64,000 nucleotides of DNA from Octopus sinensis (GCF_006345805.1 NC_042997.1:54622001-54686000); one strand, 5' to 3'; positions 25,334-39,587 are shown, counted from the first letter of the stretch. Notes: a model not told the origin generated them from the sequence alone. A program made the numbers and translations.

Positions 25334-25715
25334 TACTCTTTTACTTGTTTCAGTCATTTGACTGCGGCCATGCTGGAGCACCGCCTTTAATCGAGCAATT
25401 CGACCCCCGGGACTTATTCTTTGTAAGCCCAGTACTTATTCTATCGGTCTCTTTTGCCGAACCGCTAAGTGACATAAACACACCAGCATCGGTTGTCAAG
25501 CAATGCTAGGGGGACAAATACAGACACACAAACATATATATATACATATATATGACGGGCTTCTTTCAGTTTCCGTCTACAAAAATCCACTCACAAGGCT
25601 TTGATCGGCCCGAGGCTATAGTAGAAGATACTTGCCCAAGGTGCCACGCAGTGGGACTGAACCCGGAACCATGTGGTTGGTAAGCAAGCTACTTACCACA
25701 CAGCCACTCCTGCGC
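25334..25715 (-). mobile_element. tRNA-derived SINE, family B (CORE-like GCACCTTGGGCAAG domain), young copy
   Basis: Near-identical to 51837-52230; tRNA-like head with GGTTCAGTCCC; internal microsatellite; tail AAACAAGTAAAAGAGTA. Confidence 0.9.
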
Positions 25716-26451
25716 ATGTCTACCTGTATTATATTGCAGTGCTTGTATGATTCATTATAAACTGACAAATGTTTCCAATATATTTAGTGTTACTCTGTTG
25801 GTGACTTTGGGAAAAAGTTTGTAATACTTGATCTGAAATTCTTTAGGAAAAATAAAAAGAAAAGAAAAAAGGAAGGTGGGTTAGGTCTTCTTTGTTAAAA
25901 GCATTCTTTAGAGCTTCATAGCCCCTGTCTGAAAATAATTCTTCAAGGAGCAAAATGTACTGCCAATGAATATCTCCAGCGATTTACTCGACATTCATCC
26001 TTGATTATGCTTGAAAAAGTACTGCAATTAGACTGAGGAGCATATCTTATGTAACATGATCATAATAGCTTGCTGAACACAATCCTCACTGATACTTAGT
26101 TTCAGTGCTTTAGCAGCTAGGGTCTCCTAGTAATTGATGTTCTAATTATTGATACCTGGCTTTTCTACAAAAGAGATAATGGGCCTCTACTATTTGCTTA
26201 ACCTGCAATAAATATCAGCCAAATGTTTTCAAATCACACCATACCATTTAAAAAATGGGAAGATGTATAGTGTAGTCTAGATATGAAAAAAAAAAAATAA
26301 ATAAAATATTCTCACTACTGAATGGCTATAAATTGAATATAAGTATGATTAATCAGTGATTATCCAGAATCAAGCAACATCAACAAAATGAAGACCATAT
26401 AATGCTTAAGACTGGTCAGATGCTTTTGAGACTGTCTACGCTTAGTAGGTA

Positions 26452-26612
26452 GTCATCATCATCATCGTTTAACGTCCGTTTTCTGTGCTGGCATGGGTTG
26501 GACGGTTTGACCGGGGTCTGGGAAGCCAGGAGGCTGCACCAAGCTCCAGTCTGATCTGGCAGTGTTTCTACAGCTGGATGCCCTTCCTAACACCAACCAC
26601 CCCATGAGTGTA
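26452..26612 (-). mobile_element. Short RTE 3' tail fragment
   Basis: (CAT)n followed by gtttaacgtccgttttc...cccttcctaac. Confidence 0.8.
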
Positions 26613-27064
26613 GTATGTCAATGAAATGATGTATGTATCCACTACACATTAAGGGCTTTAGGTTAATTCATTGATTATTTAAATAAAGCTTAGGGATTAA
26701 ACCCCTACAGAAAATTTGGAGCTTTGTACTGTTATGCATAACCAATTAACAATAATTATAATAATTCTGTAATTTTGACATAAGATCAGCAATTTTGAGG
26801 TGTGTTGAGGAACCAGTTATTATATTGACTCTAGTATTTGACTGATACTTATTTTATAGACCCCAAAAGGATGAAAGGCAGAGTTGATCTCAGTGGAATT
26901 TTTCATTTGTTTTAATTTATTTATATATTTATTTATTTTATTTTATCTAGTTTCAGCTCAAGAGCTGTGGCCATGCTATGGCACTGCCATTATAATAATA
27001 ATAATAGATTTAATACTCATTTTCTCATACTGTTTTAGGTTAGATGAGTCTTGAATAAAGATTG

Positions 27065-29012
27065 ATGCTCTTGTAAAGGTGATGCTCTAGATAGAAATAA
27101 CTACAGGGGTATTAAACTGTTGGATCAGGTGATGATGGTCACAGAGAGGATCATAGACAATCTCATTAGGGAGAGAGTCTGCTTAGATGAGACGCAGTTC
27201 AATTTTGCTCCGGGTAGAAGCACCAGTGATGCCAAATTCCTGGTTCGACAACTGCAGGAGAAATACCTAGCTAAAGATAAAACCCTCTACTTAGCTTTCA
27301 TGGACTTGGAGAAAGCCTTTGACAAGGTCCCCCGATCCCTTATCTGATGGGCGATGCGGAAACTGGAGATTGATGAATGGTTAATAATGGCTGTACAGGC
27401 CTTATACAGAGAGGCCGTTAGTAAGGTTAGGATTGACGAGTATAGTGAAGAATTCCAGGTAGAAGTAGGGGTCCACCAAGGTTCAGCCCTCAGGCCCCTT
27501 TTATTCATCATAGTCCTCCAGGCAATAACAGAGGAATTCAAGATAGGTTGCCCATGGGAGCTCCTCTATGCTGATGACCTGGCTCTCATAGCAGAATCAC
27601 TACCGTAACTAAAAAGAAATTTTAGGTGTGGAAGCTAGGTCTAGAATCAAAAGGCCTTAGAGTCAATGTAGCAAAGACCAAAGTTACAGTAAGTAGGAAG
27701 GCGAACTCATCATACACCCCCTCAGGTAGGTGGCCCTGCTCGATCTGTAGAAAAGGAGTAGGTAGAAACTCCACAAGATGTACCCAGTGTAAGCTATGGA
27801 TGCATAAGAGGTGCAGCAACATCAAAGGAAAATTAACTGAGAAGATAGCTTTCATGTGTGGCAGATGCATAGGGGCAATAGACACCAGAGATACTCAGAA
27901 AACAGATTCCATCATACTCCAGGGGAAGAAACTAGTAGTTGATAGTTTCTGCTACCATGTGACCAAGTTAGTAGTAGAGGTGGATGCTCAGAGAGTGTCA
28001 CCACTAGAATACGAATAGCCTGGGCAAAGTTTAGAAAGCTTCTACCCCTACTGGTGACAAAGGTTCTCTTGCTCAGAGTGAAAGATAGATTGTACGATGC
28101 ATGTGTGCAAACTGCCATGCTTCATGGTAGTGAAACATGGGCTGTAACTGCAGAGGACATGTGTAGACTTGAAAGAGATGAAGCTAGCATGATCTGCTGG
28201 ATGTGTAATGTCAGCGTGCACAGATGACAGAGGGTAAGTGCCCTGAGAGAAATGCTGGACATAAGAAGCATTGGATGTGGCATGCAAGAGAGATGTTTGC
28301 GCTGGTATGGTCATGTACTATGGATGGATGAGGAGAGATGTGTGAAGAAGTGCTACTCCCAAACAGTTGAAGGAATTTGGAGTAGAGGTAGACCCAGAAA
28401 GACATGGAATGAGGTGGTCAAGATTGACCTTCGAATGTTGGGCCTCACAGAGGCAATGACAAAAGACCGAGATCTCTGGAGATATGCTGTGACTGCGAAG
28501 ACGCGACAAATAACGTGAGTTCATGGCCATTTCCTGCACCAGCTTCACATAGCAGCCCCAGCCCACCCAAAGTACTTTGGATTGCAGGACAGCCTGCTGT
28601 GCTTACCTTAGATCGTAGGGTGACCTGCTGTGCTTGAGGAAACCTATTGAGTCAAGTACATCAACATCAAAATAAAAATCAAATGGAAATTGTAGCTGTG
28701 ATATCTGTGCTGGTGGCCTGTAAAAAGCACCGTCCGATGCCGCGCCGCCTTGACTGGCTTCCGTGCCAGTGACACATAAAAAGCACCAACCGATCGTGGC
28801 CATTGCCAGCCTCCCCTGGCACCTGTGCCAGTGGTATGTCAAAAAGCACCCACTACACTCAGAGTGGTTGGCGTTAGGAAGGGTATCCAGCTGTAGAAAC
28901 ACTGCCAGATAAGACTGGAGCCTGGTGCAGCGTCCTGGCTTCTCAAACCCCGGTCGAACCATCTAACCCATGCTAGCATGGAAAACGGACGTTAAACGAT
29001 GATGATGATGAT
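27065..29012 (+). mobile_element. RTE LINE, 5'-truncated, RT domain through 3' tail, disabled
   Basis: NYRGIKLLDQV, QFNFAPGRSTSDAKF, FMDLEKAFDKVPR, GVHQGSALRP, LLYADDLALI, PHD-like finger, RLRWYGHV-like, GRPRKTW; stops and frameshifts. Confidence 0.95.
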
Positions 29013-29399
29013 CTTGATTTTGTGACATTGTGTGAGACCCAGCATTTCCAGGACTGACATTATTCCTTTATTTTCCTTGATCTGTTTCCTGTTTTTTTCC
29101 CCCATCTGCTTTTCCTCTGGCTGCCATCTATCTACATGGCACTATTTCACAGTAAGTGTTGACTCTGTATTATGCATTCATAGTAAAGAAGCTACATGAG
29201 CAAATCCCTTTAAAAAGCTTAATTTACCATGCAAGTCAAACTACTCTGGCTTTTGTACAAACTTTAGATTAATTCTATACAAAATACAGCTTTAACTTGA
29301 CTTAATCTGTGTTCTTTAGTAAGTAGTAGCAGATTTGTAAATGAATTTATAACCAATATTATATCATGATGCTACATGAACAAAATTGTTTTAAAGAAA

Positions 29400-29545
29400 A
29401 TTTACCATCTTTGGTCACTGTGCGACATTCATTTAGCATAGTCAAAAATCTATGCTTCCTCCTCAATACATTTCTTTCAAGACTCAACAGGTCTTACACA
29501 GTCAATGCCCATGTCTCATGATCAAGCAGCATTACATTATTTTAC
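29400..29545 (-). mobile_element. Old RTE remnant
   Basis: LDHETWALTV*DLLSLERN, equivalent to LHGSETWA...LERN in the younger copies. Confidence 0.55.
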
Positions 29546-29912
29546 ACAAACTTCAGAGGGAAAAAAACAGTATCAAGTCTTTGAACTTATCATCATTTAA
29601 TTCCTATCCCTTTTACTAGAACAATATTTAACACTTACTATTTTGCCGAGATAGAGGAATTATCTACAACTTATAGTAAACCATGTGAGTGGTCAATACA
29701 CTTCCTTTCATGCATACCTATAGGTTTTACTTAAATATCATGTTATGATGATGATATTATGTTAGGGATTTCTGTGATTCTGTCAGAGATTTTGCCATTA
29801 TTTGTACTGAGTTCGCCTTAGCAACTTTTTTCTCCAAACTGATCAAGATCCCTCTCTCTGATTGTACCATTTCATTGGCTTTTTAAATACCTTAGCTATA
29901 AATAGAACTTAC

Positions 29913-29984
29913 GTTTTTTGCCATGTTAACCGTGGGCCTGCAACTCTTCTATAATCATAATAATTCATTTCATTGTCAAGGAAA
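29913..29984 (-). CDS. Candidate 72-nt coding exon of an unidentified gene: (S)FLDNEMNYYDYRRVAGPRLTWQK(T)
   Basis: Acceptor ttttgtcgtgtggcag, donor AAC|gtaagt, open only in phase 2, which matches the 30328-30513 exon. Confidence 0.45.
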
Positions 29985-30327
29985 CTGCCACACGACAAAA
30001 CATTGTATCATGATATACGATACAATACAAAATAATTCAGTTCAATAAATAAAAAAAATTGACTACAACAAAACAGAAATGGGAGTGCATAGAAAAGTGT
30101 GTAGACACATAATGAACAAGTGAGTTAAATAATACAAGCATATAATAGAATTTTGACACTAAATAAATGTAATAGTCCCAAAACAAGGACAGTCACTGAA
30201 AGAGGAAGAAGGCTCTCCAAAAACTTTTACTATAGTATGCTTCTAGCAATTTCCTTCATTGTGCTTTTGTCTGTAGGCGACACTGAAAAGTCAAACTATC
30301 CACTTATAGCAATCTAACTACTCTTAC

Positions 30328-30513
30328 CTACCTTTCCTTAACTCCATCAAGGATAAGACTTTCATCTTCACCTGTACCTTCCAGTTCAAGTGATACTTGA
30401 AGGTGTTGAGGGTTTTGTTGTAAAGAAAATTACAAAATTTCACTAAGTGTATTGATACAGTAAGCAAAGTAATTCCAATTGAAGAATTGATTAAATAATA
30501 ACGATAATAAATC
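30328..30513 (-). CDS. Candidate exon (5'UTR plus possible start MKVLSLMELRKG) of an unidentified gene
   Basis: Acceptor ttttttttttag; donors TAG|gtaaga (exon end 30328) or AAG|gtaggt (30332); ATG at 30365. Confidence 0.35.
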
Positions 30514-31571
30514 CTAAAAAAAAAAGTGTCAGCAAAAGAGCATCAAAAATCTTTTCAGACCCTATTATGTGAATATAAGTTAATTCAAAGTCACCAAAAC
30601 TTATTTGGATAGATTTTATATTAGAATCTTTCTATGTTTTATCTTCTACAAAAATTACTTAATGGGTTCAAATGTCAGTAGCCTCATCACAATGTATCTT
30701 TAGACTAATGCATATACTCAAAGTTAGACTATATACACTCAGACAGGAAATACTCCTACTTCGTCTAGTAGTACAACAGTGACTAACTGTTAATACTAGT
30801 ATACTTTACAATGAGTCATACACAGAAGATACACAATAATATATTGATCCCGTTGGTGAAAGACGAGAAATTTTAGAAACATTAATACAACTACTACTAA
30901 TATTATTACTACGACCTAAGCACATACAAGGGGCTTACACATCAAATTTGCAATTATGATATTGATTTTTAAATAATTAGTTATTAATAATTGGTATTTT
31001 AAGATACAGTAGGCTTTAAAAAATTCAGTGGTTAATGTTCCCCCAATGATTAGGATAACAGTGATGATGATAGTAACGATAACAGTGATGATGATAGTAA
31101 CGATGACAATGATGATGATCGGTGTTTATTAAAAAACATCATAGATGAATTTGAGTAGTCGGATCAAACAAAATACGAAATCAATATCCTTTAACCAATT
31201 CAATAGAAGAGGAAATTTAATCTCAGGTGATGTCTCTAAGCTTATGTGCATATATATATAAAAGACAGGAATTTTCACCTTAAATCAGAAAAATTAGGGT
31301 TGTTGTTGTGTAGTCCTTGGTCAGCCCTGGCAGAGTAAACCTATGATCAAAGCCATTCAGGTCATGACCACCCCGTCCTTCTCTCGGGTATTGCGTATCT
31401 AAGAGTACATTATCCAGTGTGTGTCTCCCTTGTGATGACGGGAGGGTGTAATTTCACGAAGATTTGCCTGTTATTTCTTGCAAGTCAATCAACCAAGTAA
31501 GGGTCTCATTTGGCTAGAAAAAAAAATCTGGGTATTACGACTAAGCCCAACTTGGCTTCTCATTGTTATAT

Positions 31572-31614
<43 letters not shown>

Positions 31615-31739
31615 TATATAGATATGTCATTAGCACCATGACAACTATGCTATTGTAGCACCTTATGATAATGTCTAAAAAAGTAACCACCATAAATAAA
31701 AAATAAAATTAATAGATAATTGTAAATGAATGAGGATGA

Positions 31740-32540
31740 AATCAAACAAATTTGAGAAAATTCTCGTCTGTATTAGAAACCGGAGATATAGACGGTGTAT
31801 TTTCGAAAACTCCTACCGTGGCAGCAGCGTACCTGCAGGAAAGTGGTTCCGCCGCAACGTGTCGTCGGCTGCCAAATAGAAAAAGACCATGTAAACAGTA
31901 ATATTTCTTTTCTGTCAACTGTGATCTGTGATTGCCAGGGAAAGATAGAAAGGGTTTTTTGAAAACAGAGCGCCTTTGGTAAATTACCAAATGTTAACAA
32001 AACTACTAATGTGATATTCGATGACATCAAAGCTATTATATTATAACGGTGTTGTCAGCGGAGATAAAGAGAATACAATCAGAAACGAATAGTAGTAGTA
32101 GTAATAGTGGCGGTATTCAGGATACTGACGCTACTACTGTTGGTTGTTTTTAGAGAGACCAAGTTAGTCCAACTTGTTATACGGGAGGCAGTTCAGGTCG
32201 TTTACTTCTGTCAACTGGGGCCGGCATTGAAACTCTCACTCTCTCTCTCTCTCTTATTCCTCTTTCTCTCACGCATACATCTGACCCCTCCTCCTTAAAC
32301 GTTGAAGTAGTTGGCATTCAACCTGTGTGTATGTACGCGAGAAAGAAAGAACAAGAGAGAGTGTGTATATAACAGAAAGAGGCGAAGGTAACAACAACAC
32401 TAACCAAAGTGGGGTCGAAATCAGTTAACATCCATTCCTCTCTGCTTTAGTGGTCGGATTAAGTACTCAGCAGCAGAAACTTAAGTCAAAAAACTTATGG
32501 AGCTCTCATCTGTCTTACATGTCTAATATAGAAGGTAAGT
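31740..32540. promoter_or_regulatory. CpG-rich candidate bidirectional promoter with first exons
   Basis: High CpG density against a depleted background; (CT)n tract ~32227-32270; minus donor CAG|gtacgc after 31833; plus donor AAG|gtaagt after 32534. Confidence 0.55.
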
Positions 32541-35500
32541 GACATAATATTGCTGTCTTCAAGTTCATCTATTTTTTTAATGTATTTCGTTTTCTGTTCT
32601 TACGCTTTACTGTTTTGTTCTGTCAATTAAAATATGACAGGGTAGGTTTTAGAAATTAAAAGGTTCAATCAACCCTCAATTTTTTCAACATAGGGATTTC
32701 TTACTAATTTCCTCAAATAAAGTAAAACTTATATTCGTATTTCTGTATCAGCATTAAATGTGGTCTTTATATTTTTCTTTCACTCTCTTATGTAAGTAAA
32801 AGAATTTGAGGGTTGGGGCAACGGAGGGGGAAAATTGCCACTAAACAAAACCTTCCAACACTGAAGCGATAACAAATTCCTAAGATCCGTGTTTTATCAA
32901 TTATTGCTTGTTTGATTGATTCTGTGAACGATTGATTGATTTTTCTATTTCTCTATTTTTTCCTGATGGTTGGGCGTGATACATACATAACTTTTTTCTC
33001 ATCTTCAATACAGATGTCTTATTTTAAAAGCTCTACTATTGTGCTAAATAAATTAACATAGTGAAATAAGGTGGTTTAATACCTTGAAATAAGATGGAAA
33101 CTTTTTCTTTAAACTTCCATTCAATAGCCTTCCTACAATATCTAATGGTTAACATTACTAACGATTTTGCTTCTTGTTCGTATTTTTTCCATTCAATTGC
33201 TAAATTATTTTAGTTGTCGATCTCGGCGTGATTAGCAACAGATTACATTGTTGTCTCTTCCACGTCCCTCTCCTGCCCTCACATTCTCAGCCCTTCCTGT
33301 AGTAAGGGAGCAGTTGCAGGGCCCACAGACTCCTGCTGATGTCGGCTCCACATCTGTTGGAATTATCCACAAAACCTCTAGATTAGAACACAAAAGAAAA
33401 AAGATTAGAACCGCCTTGAATTTAACCCACTACATACAGATACACACGCAATGAAAAATTACCCTGATTTTTCCTTTCACAAGACAATGTGATGTCATTT
33501 TTTTTTTTTTATTAAAGAACGAAAAAATAATGGTAATGATAATAATAATAATGATAATAATAATAGTAATTAAAGAGATTAGTAATGAAGGGGTGTAGGG
33601 TTACGTCAGTAATAGGTCTATAATGGAATCTACGCAAATATTCGGCACCTCGTGTACCATTTACATAATTTCATTTTTTCATAGCTGGCACCACTATACT
33701 CGTTAACGTATAATAAAAGTAACAATGATACTGATAAACATTTTAATTCATAACCATTTCTCCTGTTTAAATTAAATGTTTTCATGGACTTTTTCTCTCC
33801 CCATCTCTCTCTCCATCCTTTTGAAAGTCTTCTGGCGTCAAATGTGAGAGATGACTCAACTGGCAGATCCCCCTACCCCACTTTCATGAAGCACTTGGTT
33901 GCCAACCAGCTGTATGTATGTGTCGTCGTTCCTCATTTACCACCTTTCTCTTCCTCTTGCACTTGTATTCCAGTTACATGGATATCAATGTTCCTACATC
34001 ATCCCACCTTTGTGTGTGTGTGTATGTGTAGTGTATATTGTATGTACGTAATATATGTTCTATGTCTGTTTGTATTTGTTTAAACCCGTCAATGTGACGA
34101 ATTTGCTGTGCTTTATAGTCTACTTTTTTTTTGAGATAGCTGCTTATATTCTTTCAACATACAAGAAACTTCGTTTCGTTGCAAGTAAAATATGGAACAA
34201 ATATTATTTGTACTTAGTATTATATCGTTTTAAAACTCTCTCTCTCTCTCTTTCACACAAAGAAAATAAAAGTTATACGAAGCTACTTTGTTTCTATTTT
34301 CCTGTAGAGTGCAGATTAAGAAGGGTTTGACAAAAATCCTTTCTCTTAAACTAATGTGAAGTTTAATGTTTAAAGTTTTGTTACTCAAAATATTGCTTGT
34401 CAAAATATTCTGCCGTCTAATTAAATATTTGATTAGATCGTGGGTCAAAATAGTTCTATTTTTGTGACATTCGTCAAGCTGTTGGAATAAATTTCTTAAA
34501 AAAAAAAAAGTTTGCGACAGTTTCGAAATAAATCATAAATATTGGTAAGCCTAAATCGTCATGTACTATTAAAACGGGCTAAATCAAATTTCCTCGATCG
34601 GCTATAATTGGCAAAAATACATATCTCATAATCTTTATTAAGGTGTGTTTCAACAAATACTAGCTATCATTATATATATATATATATATATATCAAGGGA
34701 AAAAGTCCAGGAACCCTTGTATTCTTACTATTGACTCTGATGTGTTAGTCGTTTTCAAACCTGCAGAAATAATAATAATATAATATGTAAAGCAATATTG
34801 TAAAATAATATTCTAATTGCGTAATATTTTAAATAGCAGCAGCTTTAGCATCAGTATACTGCTTTGTGATTTCAGATTTTACGAAGATGTAAGACGCTAT
34901 AAAATATTTATTATAGATATGTCTATATATGTCAGACACATGAACATCGTAATGATGATGATGATAGTAATGGTTTTGAGATGTTTAACTTCCCGTGATA
35001 TGGCCTCTGTATTCCACTGATGACTCTTGAGTTAGCTAGTACCCCACTTCTTATACCATCAGTTCAGTTTCTATAATCACGCACATATACACGCACGTTT
35101 TTAATTTAATTCTTCAGATATTTTAAATCTCGGTCGCAAACCTATTTTCCCTCTAATTTTGATTCTCATTTATAGTGGGCACCATAAAGAAATGAAAATA
35201 TAGCTAAAAGAGATAATTTAATTATAGTAGGTAATCATTTTCGGGGTTTTGTAGACATCGAAAGCCTGCTTCCTCTCTAATGTTTACGCCTTATCTACTG
35301 TAATAAAAAATGTATTTTTATCGCTCGTTATCATTATTTCTGATTCAGCAGGCTATCGGGCACGTCACTTGCTTACTCCTTTCTAAGTATTTTCAAGTGG
35401 TGGTGTAGTTGGGCTAAGTCTATACCCCAGCTGTTTAATTACACGTTTGGGTTCAAGTTACTTTGTATGATTTCTTTCACTTTTAATTTGACTGTTAGGG

Positions 35501-35649
35501 AGTAAGAAAGTTTTAAACATTTCGTTCTCCACTCATAACTTGAATTCAAATTGAAGGGAGTTTTGTTACTTGTTATTTGAATTAAGTTTCACAAAAACAT
35601 AACACAACCTCTTTTACTTCTTCAAACTTGAAGTATTGTAAGAAAACGT

Positions 35650-37030
35650 CACAAAGTAAAGATTAGCGAGACAAGTTCTGGGGATTTAACTACCAGTTGA
35701 ATCATTCACACTGCTAATGTTCTTGAGGAAGTATGAGCATCAGTTATTTTCTCTCTCCTGAAGTTAAGCATGTCAACCTTCACAAAATTTCAGATTTTGT
35801 GCTTACATTTGAAATAGATGGATAGAAACGAGAATTTATTGATGGCTAGAATGGTGAATCTCAGTAGAAAATAACCTGCCTTGAAATATTAAACAGAAGT
35901 GGTATATATATTGCACAAATGTGGCACAAACTTAGTCTGGAGTAACTGATATTCTGCTTTTTGTGGAAGGACCAGATTTCTTGCGTTAGAAAGTATGTGG
36001 ACTGTCAGTACCTGTGGTATAGGAGATTTTTGAGATACTTTGACTACTGGTGCTGAAATATATTCTTCAGCAATGAGAAGGCATGATTATATTTTGTGAA
36101 GTATGTTCCCATCACTCCACTTAATATGCAATATCGATTCAAGAATAGACCAAGGATGGGCATCTGTAATGTTGTTAGATACCCACAGTTCTCCACCTAG
36201 GTTGTATGGTCAGTGAATCATTCACCCTTGCATGACTAAAGATAGTGTGATTGATTTAAAAAAAAAATATTGTTTAGTCATCAGGAAGGGGCCATGCTCA
36301 TGTCTTGATGAGTCTCTAGTACTGATGGAATCCTTCAATGTCTGTATGCCAAAGTTTGCAAAAATATGGGCAGGAGGAGATTCCAGTAGGTCGATGTTCT
36401 GGAGAGGAAGAATTAATAAGTGGTTGGTATGTGACCTAATGGGTGACACATACTAGGTGTGACAAGAGGAGAGATGAGTTGAACAGGGAAGTGGTGGTAT
36501 GCAATTAATTCAGGAAAGCAAATTCTCACAGCATTTATGATGGAGCAGTCAAAAGCTTTTACATGTTAAAGTTAATGAACAATTTTACAAAAACCTTTGA
36601 CTTGGTTAGTCTCATAAAGAGACATTGTCAGTTTGGAATAAGCTGTACAAGGTGAGCATATGTAAGTTGTGAAACCAGCCTCTACACACTTCTATCATAT
36701 ATCGGACAGATTACTATACAATGAGCCTAGTGTTAAGATTATTCTGCTGATTTCCTTTGTTAAGGATACTCAGGTAGTTTTGCTCAGACTACTAACTGTA
36801 AAAATAGCAAATATGATGTAGGAGATTGAGAGATCTTACCTTTTTATCTTCAACTATACCAACTTCATTTAGTTTCTCTCAAAGGTGATGATAGAGAAGG
36901 GTCCTGTTCTTTAGGAAATTAATATGAGAGAGTAAGTGGAGGTTTCAGCCTCTGGTTTCAACTACGAGCTGAAATAGGGAGAAGATAGTTTATCTGGAGC
37001 AGAAATATGTTAGAATTTTGAAATGGCCTG
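35650..37030 (-). mobile_element. Highly degenerate CR1/L2-like LINE endonuclease remnant
   Basis: NIDLLESPPAHIFANFGIQTLKDSIS resembles the APE xxGDFNxH region; boundaries approximate. Confidence 0.45.
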
Positions 37031-37982
37031 ATCTATTCTGAATGTCTTTCTGCCAACAGTTTTTTTGTCATTCTGGTTGCAAATATATATATATATATAT
37101 ATGTCATGATATGTTAAAAATATTAAGTCTGCCTCTAAACTTTGATTTTGAAATTATATGTTAATATATAAGGTATTTTGTTAAATGTTGAAAATCTTTT
37201 CTAAGTTTGTGAAAAGAAATAATTGAAAATGATGATAATGTGAAGCTATTATCTTCATCTTTTTTTTTTTTGTCATATATTCACAAATTTGTATGATATT
37301 GAATTGACCTCACCACATCCTAGTATCTGTTTTAGTAACCTTAGGATTTGAACTCAGAGTATAGAGAAACAAAGCTAAATATGGCAAATTATGTAGTTTA
37401 ATACTGCTATCAATGCAGCCCTGCCTTCCTAATAATACTATTCATAATAATAAAATAGTAATATCTTTTATTGGCAAGAGACCATACATTTCTAAGGTAA
37501 GGATGTAGTATTCAACTGGTATGTATTTTATTGACTTTGCCACCTCACCAGCTGAATGAAAGAAGTTGACACAGGCAGAATTTGAACTCAAAATGTAAAT
37601 GGTGTGACTAAATACTGTAAGGTATTTTGTCTGTTGTACAGGTTTCTGACATCAGCCACTCCTTCCTCTCATAAGATGTATGTTTTTCTCTAGAAGTCAG
37701 ACCAATATTCAACAAGTAAAGACAAAAAGAAAAAAAAAAATCATTTACATAATTTTTACCGTAATTTTATTTCCTGTTTTGTAATAATAATATTGATTTC
37801 TAGCATAGGCATAAGGCCACAAATACTCTTTGAGGGAGGAAACAGTTGACTAAAATTGTTCAGTAGTTTTTGCCTAGCACTCTATATTTACCGCTGTCCA
37901 CTACTCTTTTTTTTCTTCTTGTTATTATAACAATTTAAATTAACATTATTTCATATAGCTTAAAAGAATGAAGAATGGGCAG

Positions 37983-38018
<36 letters not shown>

Positions 38019-38826
38019 GAACATTTTTTTAATATATATTGTTATGTCAACACTTAACTTATTTATTTTAAACACTTTCCAACACAATAAATGCTTGGAA
38101 GATGGAAGATGCCCGTGTTTGAGTGAGATTAACTTATCACATACTAATTATATGATCCAGCCTCCCCTTTTCATCAACCGATGAGTAACCTCAGTTTTGC
38201 TGGCGTCATTCCTAATTATATAAGCATAGCTTGTTTTAACTATATTCTGTTATTGACATAGAATTAGAAACTCTTCAGCTATATTAAGATCCTTTTTGTG
38301 TCATTTGCAAATTTTATTTATTATTATAATTATTTTTATCACAGTTAAGGTCTTGGAATTTTGTAAATCTCATACTTATCTTTTTAAGCTAATTCATTAG
38401 TAATGTTCTTTGTCAAAATTATGGAATATCTAATCACTGTTTGACATAATAAAAGTTAGTTATTTTACTAATCTCTCTCAAAACTGTTGATTATTTTCAA
38501 ACTTAATTGAAATACATAGGCAGCTGATTTCAATAAAATAGTCACAAAAGGATTAAACTCTCTTTTAAAGCTTTATAATCAGAGATTTTATGCTGACATG
38601 TGATATATTGGCATGATATTGAGTAAAAATTACCAAAGTAGCAAATACTCTTGTGTGTCTCTCTACTTCTTCAATGTGTTCTTTTTAAGCTCATATTTTC
38701 TTAGTTGATCTGTCTTCCTCAGATCTTATCCTTTACCATTTTTTCTGAAAGACCTAATTTTGTAAGTCCTCATCTAATTATTTCATTGCAAGTTTTTATT
38801 CTAGAATAACTGAATAATCATTTAAA

Positions 38827-38843
38827 TACACACACACACACAC

Positions 38844-38895
<52 letters not shown>
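38827..38895. repeat. (CA)n microsatellite
   Basis: Direct sequence. Confidence 0.95.
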
Positions 38896-38901
<6 letters not shown>

Positions 38902-39496
38902 TTATGTTGATATATTCATAGTATTCATGTGATTCAAACATATTTCCCCCAAATTAGTTTTGTTTTTATCAATCACCATCTAGCTCCAAACAAACTGATA
39001 TCAACAGACATACCTATGTCACCACCTTTCAGACCAATCAACACCTTTTGGAGTAAAAAACTACTCAGACCAATGCTATACTAATGAGTATTATTGTAAA
39101 GAAGAGGTATTATGGAGGAATTGATTAACTGGTTATGATCACTGGACATCCAACCCAGCCCAGAATGGCAGGACCAGGTGAAACAGCTCAGAGATATAAT
39201 ACCTGGTTATAGTATACCAGACAATACAAAGCAGGTTCCAGTAAAGTGTTTCTGGCAGTTCTTATGGCAGTGATAGTTGCAACAGATTGGCTATGAAATT
39301 ATTATTTCACATACAGCTTTTAATGGCAACTCAAATACTGACATGCAAAAAAAGTGACCAATTCAATAATTATCCATCAGCTAGCAGGGCTGTGACCAGG
39401 CCCATACAAGAACTACTGTGAACTCACTCAGTCACCTTTTACCACCAATTCAGATACTTGGCTTTTGTATAACCATTTCCTTTACACTGTGCAGGC

Positions 39497-39497
39497 A

Positions 39498-39585
<88 letters not shown>
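39497..39585. repeat. Compound (CT)n(AT)n microsatellite
   Basis: Direct sequence. Confidence 0.95.

Positions 39586-39587
<2 letters not shown>

Noticed and set aside
31773-32030. 85-aa minus ORF with a signal-peptide-like start (MSSNITLVVLL...)
   Set aside because: No recognisable family, and splicing at 31833 into the 30513 exon in this frame hits a stop; more likely 5'UTR
35010-35040. Other CTGATGA hits (~35017, ~43569)
   Set aside because: No stem II or GAAA in hammerhead geometry
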